Assembly: GCF_000737315.1 (NCBI RefSeq)
Contig: NZ_JMCB01000006.1
Span: 868,001 to 932,000, forward strand
Length of the DNA stretch: 64,000 nt
Direction of reading: 5' to 3'
DNA from: Hyalangium minutum
Lineage (GTDB): Bacteria > Myxococcota > Myxococcia > Myxococcales > Myxococcaceae
Numbering within the stretch: position 1 is the first letter of the stretch; each line of letters starts with the position of its first letter. The notes under the pieces were generated by a model. The model saw nothing but the letters and a program-made list of their open reading frames with translations, did no database searches and was not told the origin of the DNA. A program made the position numbers and the translations under genes. Below, piece by piece: positions 1 to 9,800 of the stretch.

Positions 1-1341
1 GCGCTGGCTCGTGAGAACTCGCTGCGCGCCATTCCCCGCATCATGGTGGGCCGTGAGACCGAGGGCCTGCGCGCGGGCTTCGAGCTCGGCGCCGACCTGC
101 GTCCGCGCGTGAGCATCGGCGAGGGCGACAACAGCGAGGCCTACAACCGCCTGCGCCTGGGCGCCGCGGTGTCCACCACCGGCGAGGGCCTGCGCTACGA
201 GGCCGACATCCTCATGTGGATTCCGTTCGGCCACGAGTTCCTCGCCGCTGAGACGCTGGTGGGCGTGCGTGGCCCCGTGTCCAACGACGTCGAGGTGTTC
301 GCCCTCGGCGGCCTGGGCTTTGGCGACACGCTGGGCAACCCGAACTTCCGCGTGATGATGGGCGCGGCCTTCGGCGGCATGCCGCCCAAGTGCGTGGCGG
401 GCGCCAAGCACGAGCCCTCGCAGTGCCCGGATCTGGATGACGACAACGACGGCGTGAAGAACCGTGACGACGCCTGCCCCAAGGAGGGTGGCAAGGTGGA
501 CGCCAAGGGCTGCCCCATTCCGGACCAGGACAAGGACGGCGTGGCGGACTCGGCCGACAAGTGCCCGACGGTGGCTGGCGCCGAGTCGGCGCAGGGCTGC
601 CCGGACCAGGACGGCGACAGCGTGCCGGACTCCGCGGACAAGTGCCCCGCCCTCAAGGGCTCTCCGGATCGCCAGGGCTGCCCGGACACGGACGGCGATG
701 GCCTGGATGACGCGGCCGACAAGTGCCCGAACGAGGCCGGTCCGGTGGACCGCCAGGGCTGCCCGGCGAAGGACTCGGACAACGACAAGATTCTCGACGA
801 GAACGACAGCTGCCCGAACGAGGCCGGTATCCCCGAGCTGAAGGGCTGCCCCGCCAAGGACACGGACAATGACGGCGTGGCCGACCACCTGGACAACTGC
901 ATCAACCAGGCGGGCCCCGCGGAGAACCAGGGCTGCCCCGCGGCTCAGAAGCAGCTGATCGTCATCAAGCAGGACCGCATCGACATCAAGGACAAGGTGT
1001 ACTTCGACTCGGGTGCGGCCACCATCCAGGCGCGCTCCAACGCGCTGCTGGACCAGATGGCCAAGGTGCTCGGCGAGCACCCGGAGATCACCAAGGTCAT
1101 CATCGAGGGCCACACGGATGACCGCGGTCCTGCCGAAGTCAACCGCACCCTGTCCCAGCAGCGCGCGGAGGCCGTGCGCGACTACCTGGTGAAGAAGGGC
1201 GTGGCCGCCGAGCGCTTCGAGGCCAAGGGCTTCGGCCCGGATCGCCCGGTGCAGCCCAACACCACCAACGAGGGCCGCGCCGCCAACCGCCGCGTGGAGT
1301 TCCTCACCCGCTACGCCGAGGACGGCGCGGCGAAGCAGTAA
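1..1341 (+). CDS. TraB-like outer-membrane protein (beta-barrel, thrombospondin type 3 repeats, OmpA C-terminal domain); 5' end lies outside the window
   Basis: Frame is open from base 1 (ALARENSLRAIPRIMVG matches ALARESSLRALPSIMVG of the next paralog). DxDxDGVxDxxDxCP repeats; OmpA motifs IEGHTD and GRAANRRVEF. Confidence 0.9.
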   Translation, partial: ALARENSLRAIPRIMVGRETEGLRAGFELGADLRPRVSIGEGDNSEAYNRLRLGAAVSTTGEGLRYEADILMWIPFGHEFLAAETLVGVRGPVSNDVEVFALGGLGFGDTLGNPNFRVMMGAAFGGMPPKCVAGAKHEPSQCPDLDDDNDGVKNRDDACPKEGGKVDAKGCPIPDQDKDGVADSADKCPTVAGAESAQGCPDQDGDSVPDSADKCPALKGSPDRQGCPDTDGDGLDDAADKCPNEAGPVDRQGCPAKDSDNDKILDENDSCPNEAGIPELKGCPAKDTDNDGVADHLDNCINQAGPAENQGCPAAQKQLIVIKQDRIDIKDKVYFDSGAATIQARSNALLDQMAKVLGEHPEITKVIIEGHTDDRGPAEVNRTLSQQRAEAVRDYLVKKGVAAERFEAKGFGPDRPVQPNTTNEGRAANRRVEFLTRYAEDGAAKQ

Positions 1342-1740
1342 CCTCCGGCGGTCTCCCCGGCTGAAGGGCCGGGGGCCCGCGCGGTGAGAGGCCGAGGCTC
1401 CGTACCCCTCGAGGGGCGCGGCACCTCGGCCTCTTCCTTTTGGAGCAGGCAGGGGAGGGAGCGCCGTTGGGTCCCGACGACTGGCATGTCAGCGATGGGC
1501 CTGACGCGTCAGCGTCTGAAACCGACGCACCGCCGCTCTGATGCGAGGCACGGGCCTCTCTGCGGCGAAGCGCGACATCCGCACCCCACGGCGCCGCCCA
1601 AGTGCCTGGAACTCCTCACTGCCGAGGGGAGGACACCCGGCTGTGGCAGAACGCGACAGTGCCGCGTCATGCTCCACGCGCCGAGAGGCGAAGGGGGCCG
1701 TGCACTCCATGATTTCGATGGGTTGCTGGCTCGGTTGGAG

Positions 1741-1756
1741 CGGCACCGGCTTTGCT
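1741..1756 (+). promoter_or_regulatory. Putative sigma54 (-24/-12) promoter
   Basis: CGGCACCGGCTTTGCT: GG at 1742-43 and GC at 1754-55, the exact TGGCAC-N5-TTGC spacing, about 180 bp upstream of the 1938 ATG. Confidence 0.5.
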
Positions 1757-1937
1757 GGATAGCCAACGGACCCATTGAAGTCTTGGCGGGGAAGTGGAAA
1801 ACCGCCCCACTCACGGTTAACTCGCGCCACCTCGTGCCCCCCCGGGGATGCAGCCAGAACGCTCCTCGATTGACATGCCCTGAAACTGGCTCCGCGCCCT
1901 TGGCCCATCTTGTTGACTCTGCTGGAAAGACCACGAC

Positions 1938-3848
1938 ATGACTGAAGACACACCGCTCGCGGGCTCGTTCGAAGGAGACACCCGCCGGGCGCTCCAGAAG
2001 CGACCCTCCCCTGCGCTGGCGTTGCCGCTGGCGCTCGCCGCCTGCCTGATCAGCGCCACGGCGCTCGCGCAGCCCGCGGGGCTCCCCGAGGTCGAACTGG
2101 AGCGACTGTCGCTCAACCCCAGTGGCCAGGGTTCGTTGCTGCTGGGCACCGGCGAGCTGCTGCAGAACGGCGCGTACCGCTTCTCCCTCACGGGCCATTA
2201 CGAGAATGATCCGCTCGTGTTCTTCCTGGACGGGGAGCGCATCGGCTCGGTGGTGAAGCACCGGGTGACGGGCCACCTGACGGGCGCGTATGCCCTGTCG
2301 AACCGGCTCGAGGTGTCCGCGCAGGTGCCCGTGCTCTTCATGCAGAGCGGGGACGATATGACGGCCCGCGGCGTGGGGACTCCTCGGAAGGGGCTGTCGC
2401 TGGGCACGCCGTACCTGGGGCTGCGACTGGGCGTGCTGTCCGAGCGTGATGCAGACGTGGTGGACCTCTCCATTGGCGTCCAGGCGGGCCTGCCGCTGGG
2501 CAGCGCCACGGCGCTGGCCCGGGAGAGCTCCCTGCGCGCCCTGCCCAGCATCATGGTGGGCAAGCGGTTCGGCTTCCTGCGCGCGGGTCTGGACGCGGGC
2601 GCGATGCTGCGTCCGCGGGTGGCCCTGGGCAATGAGAGCGTGAAGGATGAGCTGGGCGACGAGCTGCGCCTGGGCGGCGTCGTGTCCACCACGGGCGAGG
2701 GGCTGCGCGGCGAGCTGGATGTGATCGCCTCCATCCCCTTCCGGCGCGAGGGCACCTCCGTCGAGGCGTTGGCCGGCGCGCGCATGCCGCTGAGTGAGGC
2801 GCTGGAGGCCTACGCGCTGGCGGGCGTGGGCTTTGGCAATGCGCCGGGCACGCCGACTTTCCGCGGACTGCTGGGCGTGGCCTACGGGAGCACGCCGCCC
2901 AAGTGCGTGGCGGGCGGTCAGCACACGCCCGAGCAGTGCCCGGATCTGGATGATGACAATGACGGGGTGAAGAACCGCGTGGACGCGTGCCCGACGCAGG
3001 GTGGGCGCGTGGACGCGTCAGGCTGCCCGCTGAAGGACACGGACCAGGACGGCGTGCTGGATCAGGACGACTCTTGCCCGACGGTGGCCGGCGAGGCCGC
3101 GCTCAAGGGCTGCCCGGACGCGGACAAGGACGGCATCGAGGACGCGGCGGACAAGTGCCCGCAGGTGTTCGGCCTGGCGCAGTTCCAGGGCTGCCCGGAC
3201 ACGGACAAGGACGGCATCGAGGACTCGGCGGACAAGTGCCCCACCGAGGCGGGTCCGGCCGAGCGCCAGGGCTGCCCGGTGCGTGACACGGACAAGGACG
3301 GCTTCGTGGACGAGCAGGACAGCTGCCCGAACGAGCCCGGCATCGCCGAGCTGAAGGGCTGCCCGGCCAAGGACAGCGACAATGACGGCGTGGCGGACCA
3401 CCGCGACAACTGCCCGACCGAGGCGGGTCCCGCGGACAACCAGGGTTGCCCGGCCAAGCAGAAGCAGCAGGTGGCCATCCAGTCCGGCCGCATCGAGCTG
3501 AAGGACACGGTCTACTTCGACACGGCCAAGGCGACCATCCAGTCGCGCAGCTTCAAGCTGCTGGATCAGGTGGCGAGTATCCTCAAGGCGCACCCGGAGC
3601 TGGATCGGGTGGTCATCGAGGGCCACACGGACAACCAGGGCAAGCCGGCCGCGAACATGACGCTGTCTCACCGGCGTGCGGAGGCGGTGCGCAACTACCT
3701 CATCAACAAGGGGGTGGAGCCGCAGCGCCTGGAGGCCAAGGGCTATGGGCAGGAGCGGCCCATCGCTGACAACAAGACTGCGAAGGGCCGGGCGACGAAC
3801 CGCCGGGTCGACTTCATCACCGCGCCTCGCGAGGGCACCCAGCAGTAA
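1938..3848 (+). CDS. TraB-like OmpA family protein with signal peptide, beta-barrel and TSP3 repeats
   Basis: Signal peptide ending ATALA; barrel strands; about eight DxDxDG..D.CP repeats; IEGHTDNQG and GRATNRRVDF. Confidence 0.92.
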   Translation: MTEDTPLAGSFEGDTRRALQKRPSPALALPLALAACLISATALAQPAGLPEVELERLSLNPSGQGSLLLGTGELLQNGAYRFSLTGHYENDPLVFFLDGERIGSVVKHRVTGHLTGAYALSNRLEVSAQVPVLFMQSGDDMTARGVGTPRKGLSLGTPYLGLRLGVLSERDADVVDLSIGVQAGLPLGSATALARESSLRALPSIMVGKRFGFLRAGLDAGAMLRPRVALGNESVKDELGDELRLGGVVSTTGEGLRGELDVIASIPFRREGTSVEALAGARMPLSEALEAYALAGVGFGNAPGTPTFRGLLGVAYGSTPPKCVAGGQHTPEQCPDLDDDNDGVKNRVDACPTQGGRVDASGCPLKDTDQDGVLDQDDSCPTVAGEAALKGCPDADKDGIEDAADKCPQVFGLAQFQGCPDTDKDGIEDSADKCPTEAGPAERQGCPVRDTDKDGFVDEQDSCPNEPGIAELKGCPAKDSDNDGVADHRDNCPTEAGPADNQGCPAKQKQQVAIQSGRIELKDTVYFDTAKATIQSRSFKLLDQVASILKAHPELDRVVIEGHTDNQGKPAANMTLSHRRAEAVRNYLINKGVEPQRLEAKGYGQERPIADNKTAKGRATNRRVDFITAPREGTQQ

Positions 3849-3865
3849 GCGGGGGGAACAGACAC

Positions 3866-6800
3866 ATGAGGAATGCATCCTTGAAGAACATCCTTCGCAA
3901 CGCACTGCTGGCCGTCACCCTGTGCGCGCTGCCAGCCATGGCAGGGCGGGACATCTACCTGCTGGGTGACGGGAGCGACGGAGTGCTCGACGTCACCACG
4001 AGCCTGCCGGCCCCGGTCGTCATCAACAGCTACGCCCGGGTCACGACCGACGCGGCCGTGGGTGCCACTGAGCTGCTCGTGGACACCAACACGGGCTTCA
4101 GTCCCGGGGATCTCGTGCTGGTGCACCAGTCCACGGGGTACACCCCTGAGCCGACGCCGGGTGACATCTCGGACATCAACCTCACCACCGGCGCGGTGGG
4201 CCGCTGGGAGCTGGCGCGGCTCAGCATGGCGGCGGCAGAGCCGGGCAAGCTGAAGCTGGCCTCACCGCTGCTCTACGCTTACACGGCGACGGGCGCGCAG
4301 GCCGTCAAGGTGCCCGAGTACACGAACGTCACCATCCGGGGCGGCGCGGTGCTGACCGCCTCTGCCTGGGACGGCTCCAAGGGTGGCATCCTGGCCTTCC
4401 TGGCCAACGGCAGCGTGGTCATCGAGTCGGCAGCCGCCATCGACGTCACGGGCAAGGGCTTCCGGGGTGGGCTGTACGTCAAAGACTCCACGACGACCCG
4501 CCGGGGATGCTCCGGCATCACCGAGGGTTCGCCCGGCGGCGCTCAGCGGGCCGAGGGTGTCGCACGCGGTCTGTACGGCGCCAGCTCCACCGGACGCGGC
4601 AATGGTGCCAACGGTGGCGGTGGAGGCGTGTGCTACCTGGCAGGCGGCGCGGGCGGCGGCAGCGCGGGCCGGGGCGGTGATGGCGGCAAGACGCACTCCT
4701 CGGCGGATGGCGCGCGCGCTGTGGGAGGCATCGGCGGCTCCAAGTTCAGCAGCACCGTCGATCCGCTCAACCGGATGGTCTTTGGCGGCGGTGGCGGCTC
4801 GGGCCACGGCATCGTTGATCTGACGCCTCCGGCGAACCAGGGAGGCGCGGGTGGCGGCATCATCTTCATGCGGGCCCAGTCCTTGGACGGCGGTGACGGC
4901 ATCATCCTGGCCAATGGCGGCTCCGGCCCCACCATCCAAGGCAACACCACCCTGAGCGGCGCGTTTGGTGGAGGCGGCGGCGGCACGGTGTACCTGCGCT
5001 TCGCCCAGCTCGCGAACTGCAACGTGCTCTCTCAGGGCGGCCGCGGCGGCGATACAAGCCTCAATACGGCCTTCATTGGCCCGGGTGGCGGTGGTGGCGG
5101 TGGGCTCCTGCTCCTGCAGTCCCAGACGGGCTCTTGCACAGTCTTCGCCGATGGAGCAGTCGCGGGCCAGACGCCCACGCAGCGTCCCGGCGACACTGTG
5201 AACTACGGCGCGAGCCCCGGAATCCCGGGCAAGGTGGAACAGATCCTCAATGATGGCTTCCCCGAGACCATGCCGGTTCCCGTGGTGGTCACCCCCGCCA
5301 ACGGGAGTTCCACCAACAACCTGCGGCCCACCTTCTCGGGCACGCTCGACCCGGCCTTCCCGCCGGGTTCCGAGATCATCCTCACGGTGACGATCGGCGC
5401 GACCACGCTGACCATCCCCCGCCTGCCCGCAGCGGCCAACTGGAGCTTCACGCCGACCTCGGATCTGGCGGTGGGCACCTACACCGTCTCGGCCGTGCTC
5501 ACGAAGCAGGAGGTCTACAGCCAACAGAGCAACACCAACACCTTCACGATCGACATCACCGCGCCCGCGGCGCCGGTGGTGGTAACGCCGGCCAACGGCT
5601 CGCGGACCAATGACAACACGCCGACGTACACGGGTACGGCGGAGCCGGGCAGCACCGTCACGGTGCGCGTGGACGGCACCTCGGTGGGAACTGTCATGGC
5701 GGACGCGTCGGGCAACTGGACGCTCACGCCCACCGCGCCCCTGGCGAACGGCTCGCACACGGTGAATGCCACGGCGACGGACGCGGCGGGCAACGTCAGC
5801 CCCGTGTCCAACACCAACACCTTCACGGTGGACGCCACGCCGCCGACGGTGGTGGTGCAGACGCCTGCGGAGGGCTCGACCACCAATGACAACACGCCGA
5901 CCTACAGCGGCACGGTGTCGGACAACAATCCTGGCCCGTACACGGTGGAGATCCGGGTGGATGGCACCCTGCTGACCACCCTGACGGTGCCGGGCCCGAA
6001 CTGGACGTACACGCCGACGACGCCGCTGGCGGATGGCCCGCACACGGTGACGGCCACGGCGACGGATGCGGTGAACAACACGGCCACCGACAGCAATGCC
6101 TTCGCGGTGGATGCGACGCCTCCGACGGTGGTGGTGCAGACGCCCGCAGAGGGTTCGACGACCACCGATAACACGCCGACCTACAGCGGCACGGTGGAGG
6201 CCGGAGCGACGGTGACGCTGACGGTGGACGGCGTCGCGGTGGGCCCAGTGGTTGTGACGGGCACGACGTGGACGTACACGCCGACGACGCCGCTGGCGGA
6301 TGGGCCGCACACGGTGACGGCCACGGCGACGGACGCTGCGGGCAACACGGCCACCGACAGCAACGCCTTCACGGTGGACGCCACGCCTCCGGCGGTGGTG
6401 GTGCAGACGCCTGCCGAGGGCTCGACGACCACCGATAACACGCCGACCTACAGCGGTACGGTGGAAGCGGGAGCGACGGTGACGTTGACGGTGGACGGCG
6501 TCGCGGTGGGCCCGGTGGTTGTGACGGGCACGACGTGGACGTACACGCCGACGACGCCGCTGGCGGATGGCCCGCACACGGTGACAGCCACGGCGACGGA
6601 TGCGGCGGGCAACACGGCCACCGACAGCAACGCCTTCACGGTGGACGCCACGCCTCCGGCGGTGGTGGTGCAGACGCCTGCGGAGGGTTCGACGACCACC
6701 GATAACACGCCGACCTACAGCGGCACGGTGGAGGCGGGAGCGACGGTGACGTTGACGGTGGACGGCGTCGCGGTGGGCCCGGTGATTGTGATGGGCACGA

Positions 6801-8143
6801 TGTGGACGTACACGCCGACGACGCCGCTGGCGGATGGGCCGCACACGGTGACGGCCACGGCGACGGACGCTGCGGGCAACACGGCCACCGACAGCAATGC
6901 TTTCACGGTGGACGCCACGGCTCCGGCGGTGTCGGTGACGACGCCTGCGGAGGGCTCGCTGATCAACGACAGCACGCCGGTCTACAGCGGCACGGCCGAG
7001 CCGGGCAGCAGTGTCTCGGTGAGCGTGGATGGCACGGTGGTGGGGACAGTCACGGCGGATGCCAGCGGTAACTGGACCGTCACCTCCAGCACTCCGCTGC
7101 CGGATGGTCCGCACACGGTGACGGCCACGGCCACGGACGCGGCGGGCAACACGGCCACCGACAGCAACACCTTCACGGTGGACACCGTGGCGCCGGGCGC
7201 TCCGGTGGTGAACACGCCGGCCGACGGCTCGACCATCGCCGACAACACGCCGACCTACAGTGGCACCGCCGATCCGGGCAGCACCGTCACCATCAGCGTG
7301 GATGGCACGGTGGTGGGCACCACCACTGCGGACTCCAACGGCGACTGGAGCTTCACGCCGGGCACGGGCATTTCGAACGGCTCGCACACAGTGAACGCCA
7401 CGGCCTCGGACGCCGCGGGCAACGTCAGCCCCGTGTCCAACACCAACACGTTCACGGTGGATGCCTCCATCCCGGCCGCTCCGGTCATCACCGGTCCCGC
7501 CAACAACACGGTGACGGATGACAACACGCCCGTCATCTCCGGCACGGCCCCGCCGAACAGCACGGTCACCGTGTACGTCGATGGCACCCCGGTGGGCACC
7601 ACCACCTCGGACGCGGCGGGCAACTGGACGTTCACGCCGACCACCCCGCTGGCCGACGGTCCGCATGACATCACCGCCACCACGACGAACGGCGTGGGCA
7701 ACGTCAGCCCGGTGTCCAACACCGTCCACATCACCATCGACACGGGCGTGCCGGACACCTCCATCGTCTCCGGACCCTCGGGCGAGACGCAGAGCACCAG
7801 CGCCACATTCGAGTTCGGCTCCACCGAGTCTGGCGTCACCTACGAGTGCAAGCTCGACGGTGCGGCGGAGTTCACGGAGTGCCCGAACCCGGCCACCTTC
7901 GCGAACCTCGCCCCGGGCCAGCACACCCTCGAGGTGCGCGCCCGTGACTCGGCCGGCAATGTGGATCCGACTCCGGCCACCGCCACGTGGACTGTCGTGC
8001 AGACCCCGCCCACCGGCGGCGATCGCGACTTCCTCGGCGACGGCATCGGCTGCGCGGCCTCGGGCGGTGATCCGTCCGCGCTGGCGATGATGGGCCTGGG
8101 CCTGCTCGCGGTGATGGTGGTCCGCCGGCGGCGCCAGCAGTAG
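3866..8143 (+). CDS. Cell-surface adhesin, AgmC-like N-terminus, glycine-rich region, about 10 Ig-like domains, MYXO-CTERM sorting tag
   Basis: Signal peptide (PAMA); repeated TP.YSGT...DG.HTVTATATDAAGN Ig units; C-terminus GIGCAASGG plus TM helix and RRRRQQ. Confidence 0.9.
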   Translation: MRNASLKNILRNALLAVTLCALPAMAGRDIYLLGDGSDGVLDVTTSLPAPVVINSYARVTTDAAVGATELLVDTNTGFSPGDLVLVHQSTGYTPEPTPGDISDINLTTGAVGRWELARLSMAAAEPGKLKLASPLLYAYTATGAQAVKVPEYTNVTIRGGAVLTASAWDGSKGGILAFLANGSVVIESAAAIDVTGKGFRGGLYVKDSTTTRRGCSGITEGSPGGAQRAEGVARGLYGASSTGRGNGANGGGGGVCYLAGGAGGGSAGRGGDGGKTHSSADGARAVGGIGGSKFSSTVDPLNRMVFGGGGGSGHGIVDLTPPANQGGAGGGIIFMRAQSLDGGDGIILANGGSGPTIQGNTTLSGAFGGGGGGTVYLRFAQLANCNVLSQGGRGGDTSLNTAFIGPGGGGGGGLLLLQSQTGSCTVFADGAVAGQTPTQRPGDTVNYGASPGIPGKVEQILNDGFPETMPVPVVVTPANGSSTNNLRPTFSGTLDPAFPPGSEIILTVTIGATTLTIPRLPAAANWSFTPTSDLAVGTYTVSAVLTKQEVYSQQSNTNTFTIDITAPAAPVVVTPANGSRTNDNTPTYTGTAEPGSTVTVRVDGTSVGTVMADASGNWTLTPTAPLANGSHTVNATATDAAGNVSPVSNTNTFTVDATPPTVVVQTPAEGSTTNDNTPTYSGTVSDNNPGPYTVEIRVDGTLLTTLTVPGPNWTYTPTTPLADGPHTVTATATDAVNNTATDSNAFAVDATPPTVVVQTPAEGSTTTDNTPTYSGTVEAGATVTLTVDGVAVGPVVVTGTTWTYTPTTPLADGPHTVTATATDAAGNTATDSNAFTVDATPPAVVVQTPAEGSTTTDNTPTYSGTVEAGATVTLTVDGVAVGPVVVTGTTWTYTPTTPLADGPHTVTATATDAAGNTATDSNAFTVDATPPAVVVQTPAEGSTTTDNTPTYSGTVEAGATVTLTVDGVAVGPVIVMGTMWTYTPTTPLADGPHTVTATATDAAGNTATDSNAFTVDATAPAVSVTTPAEGSLINDSTPVYSGTAEPGSSVSVSVDGTVVGTVTADASGNWTVTSSTPLPDGPHTVTATATDAAGNTATDSNTFTVDTVAPGAPVVNTPADGSTIADNTPTYSGTADPGSTVTISVDGTVVGTTTADSNGDWSFTPGTGISNGSHTVNATASDAAGNVSPVSNTNTFTVDASIPAAPVITGPANNTVTDDNTPVISGTAPPNSTVTVYVDGTPVGTTTSDAAGNWTFTPTTPLADGPHDITATTTNGVGNVSPVSNTVHITIDTGVPDTSIVSGPSGETQSTSATFEFGSTESGVTYECKLDGAAEFTECPNPATFANLAPGQHTLEVRARDSAGNVDPTPATATWTVVQTPPTGGDRDFLGDGIGCAASGGDPSALAMMGLGLLAVMVVRRRRQQ
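6113..6913 (+). repeat. Three near-identical 267-bp tandem Ig-domain repeats inside the adhesin gene
   Basis: Unit starts at 6113, 6380 and 6647, with the next diverged unit at 6914; spacing exactly 267 bp. Confidence 0.95.
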
Positions 8144-8167
8144 CTCCTCCCGGCGATGGGTAGGCTC

Positions 8168-8196
8168 GTGGCCCGGTGCTGTCAGCACCGGGCCAC
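8168..8196. terminator. Perfect inverted repeat between convergent genes (terminator or REP-like hairpin)
   Basis: GTGGCCCGGTGCTG-T-CAGCACCGGGCCAC directly after the adhesin stop; no U-tract. Confidence 0.6.
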
Positions 8197-8290
8197 CTCG
8201 TGGGCGAGGCGCTCAAGCCGCTCCGCGGGTTCGCTTCACGCAGCCTTGGGCCGGTGAGTCACGGGACGCGCTCGGACCACCGGCGGATTG

Positions 8291-8890
8291 TCATTGCGGC
8301 GTATCCGAAGGTGGTGGGGCGGCGGGTGGCGGTGAGGATGGGGTTGTTGGAGATGGGGGAGGGGTTGGTGCGGGCGCGGTGGCCGGCATAGGGGGCGGCT
8401 CAGGCGTACCGGGGGACGTCTCACGCTCCGGAGCCACTGGCGGTTCGGGAGAAGCGGGAGGGGGTCCAACCCAATCCCCCCGCGGTGGAGGGGCCTCGGC
8501 CACCACCTCGCCTTGAGGAGTGACTGCGTACACATACCGCCAGTCGAGAACGCGTCCGCTCGGGCCGCCGCATCGATGAAAGCGCTGCTCCAGCACGACG
8601 TAGTACAAGCCCGGCGTCGGGCCCGTGAAGACAGCGACATCCAAGCCCTGCTCAGGACTGGCGCATCCGTCGAAGAGCCCTGGAAACGGCTGGGTTCTCA
8701 CCAACTCGCGAACGGCCGCCGCTGCGGCGACCGCTGCACCCGCCTCTACAGGCGCGACAAGCGTCTTGACCGATTGCTCGTCTTGTTCGGTCTCCGGCCA
8801 CACCACGGGTTCCTTCCAAGCGGCAGCCCTGGGAGCACCACACCCGGACACCATCGCGACGACCCCTGCAAGCGCGTATCTCCTGAACAT
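8291..8890 (-). CDS. Lipoprotein, partner/immunity-like, copy 1, Pro-rich tail
   Basis: Lipobox VSGC; core GCASPEQGLDVAVFTGPTPGLYYVVLEQRF..CGG is shared with 9150..9776. Confidence 0.8.
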   Translation of the reverse strand: MFRRYALAGVVAMVSGCGAPRAAAWKEPVVWPETEQDEQSVKTLVAPVEAGAAVAAAAAVRELVRTQPFPGLFDGCASPEQGLDVAVFTGPTPGLYYVVLEQRFHRCGGPSGRVLDWRYVYAVTPQGEVVAEAPPPRGDWVGPPPASPEPPVAPERETSPGTPEPPPMPATAPAPTPPPSPTTPSSPPPAAPPPSDTPQ

Positions 8891-8932
8891 TTCGTTTCTC
8901 CCTTCCGCTGCGGGGTAGCATCCGGCAAGCGG

Positions 8933-9028
8933 CTACTCGCGCAACAGCTGCAGAGATCCCTCACGGCATCGAGGCACGGTGATACGGAGGCGAGTAGGTT
9001 CGCTCGGGGCACAATGGCCGAGAGTGAT
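8933..9028 (-). pseudogene. 3' relic of a JAB-like lipoprotein gene
   Basis: Hand translation gives ITLGHCAPSEPTRLRITVPRCREGSLQLLRE*, homologous to VTLGMCTPRGADPRRNTVPSCREGALQLLRE* ending at 9801. Confidence 0.85.
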
Positions 9029-9055
9029 GTGTCCGTGGGCGACGCACTGAGATCA

Positions 9056-9154
9056 ATGTGCGCCCCCAATCCTCTCTTTGGCGACCTCCTGCTCAAACTC
9101 GGAATCGTCACGCCCAGCCAGGCCCAGGAAGTGCTCGCGCTGCAACCCCTCACC
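9056..9154 (+). pseudogene. Degenerate duplicate of the first 99 bp of the adenylate cyclase gene (10982..11080)
   Basis: Ungapped hand alignment shows 12 mismatches in 99 bp; encodes [33 protein letters not shown] versus [33 protein letters not shown]. Confidence 0.9.
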
Positions 9155-9776
9155 CGGGCGGAACCGGCGCCGGGGAGGTGGAAGGTGGTGATGCTGGGGG
9201 AGGGGCAGCCGGAGTTGGGGCGGCAGGCGCTGGTGGAGGCGGAGAGGTTGGCCCTGGAGTGGGCGCAGGCGTACCGGTGCGCGTTTCCGGAGGGGGAGCA
9301 GCAGGTGGCGGTGTTGGCTCGGGTGCAGCAGGGCCTCGGCGGGGAGGGGAGGAGACAGGCGGTTCCCCCCGCGGTGGCGGGGCCTTCTCCACTACCTCAC
9401 CTTGGGGAGTGACTGCGTACACATAGTCCCAGTCGAGAAGGCGCCCGATGGGGCCACCGCACCGATCGAAGCGCTCCTCCAAGACCACGTAATACAGGCC
9501 GGGCGTTGGGCCCGTGAAGACGGCGACATCCATTCCCTGCTCAGGACTGGCGCACCCCTGGAAGAGCCTTGGAAACGGGTTGGTTTTCACCATCTCGCGG
9601 ATGGCGGCCGCTGCGGCGAGCGCGGCCCCCGCCTCCGTCAGGGGGACGATGGTCTTGACCGATTGCTCGTCTTGCTCGGTCTCCGGCCACTTCACCCCTC
9701 CCTTCCAGGAGGCAGCGGGCGCGGCGCAACCCTGCAGCATCGCCACGAGCACAGCGGATGCACACGCCTTGATCAT
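9150..9776 (-). CDS. Lipoprotein, partner/immunity-like, copy 2, Pro-rich tail
   Basis: MIKACASAVLVAMLQGC lipobox; paralog of 8291..8890; lies immediately downstream of the JAB-like gene. Confidence 0.82.
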   Translation of the reverse strand: MIKACASAVLVAMLQGCAAPAASWKGGVKWPETEQDEQSVKTIVPLTEAGAALAAAAAIREMVKTNPFPRLFQGCASPEQGMDVAVFTGPTPGLYYVVLEERFDRCGGPIGRLLDWDYVYAVTPQGEVVEKAPPPRGEPPVSSPPRRGPAAPEPTPPPAAPPPETRTGTPAPTPGPTSPPPPAPAAPTPAAPPPASPPSTSPAPVPPG

Positions 9777-9800
9777 TTCTCTCTCCTGCATCGCACCCGT

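Noticed and set aside
420-3450. Short periodic repeats resembling a CRISPR array
   Set aside because: They are coding TSP3 repeats (DxDxDG..CP) in frame; no cas genes and no constant repeat-spacer structure.
4262-8188. 1308-aa minus-strand ORF
   Set aside because: Antisense shadow of the adhesin gene; Arg/His-rich, no domains; caused by GC3 bias.
8513-9412. 299-aa plus-strand ORF containing MshEN-like text
   Set aside because: Chimera of antisense sequence and the 99-bp cyclase stub; not a coherent gene.
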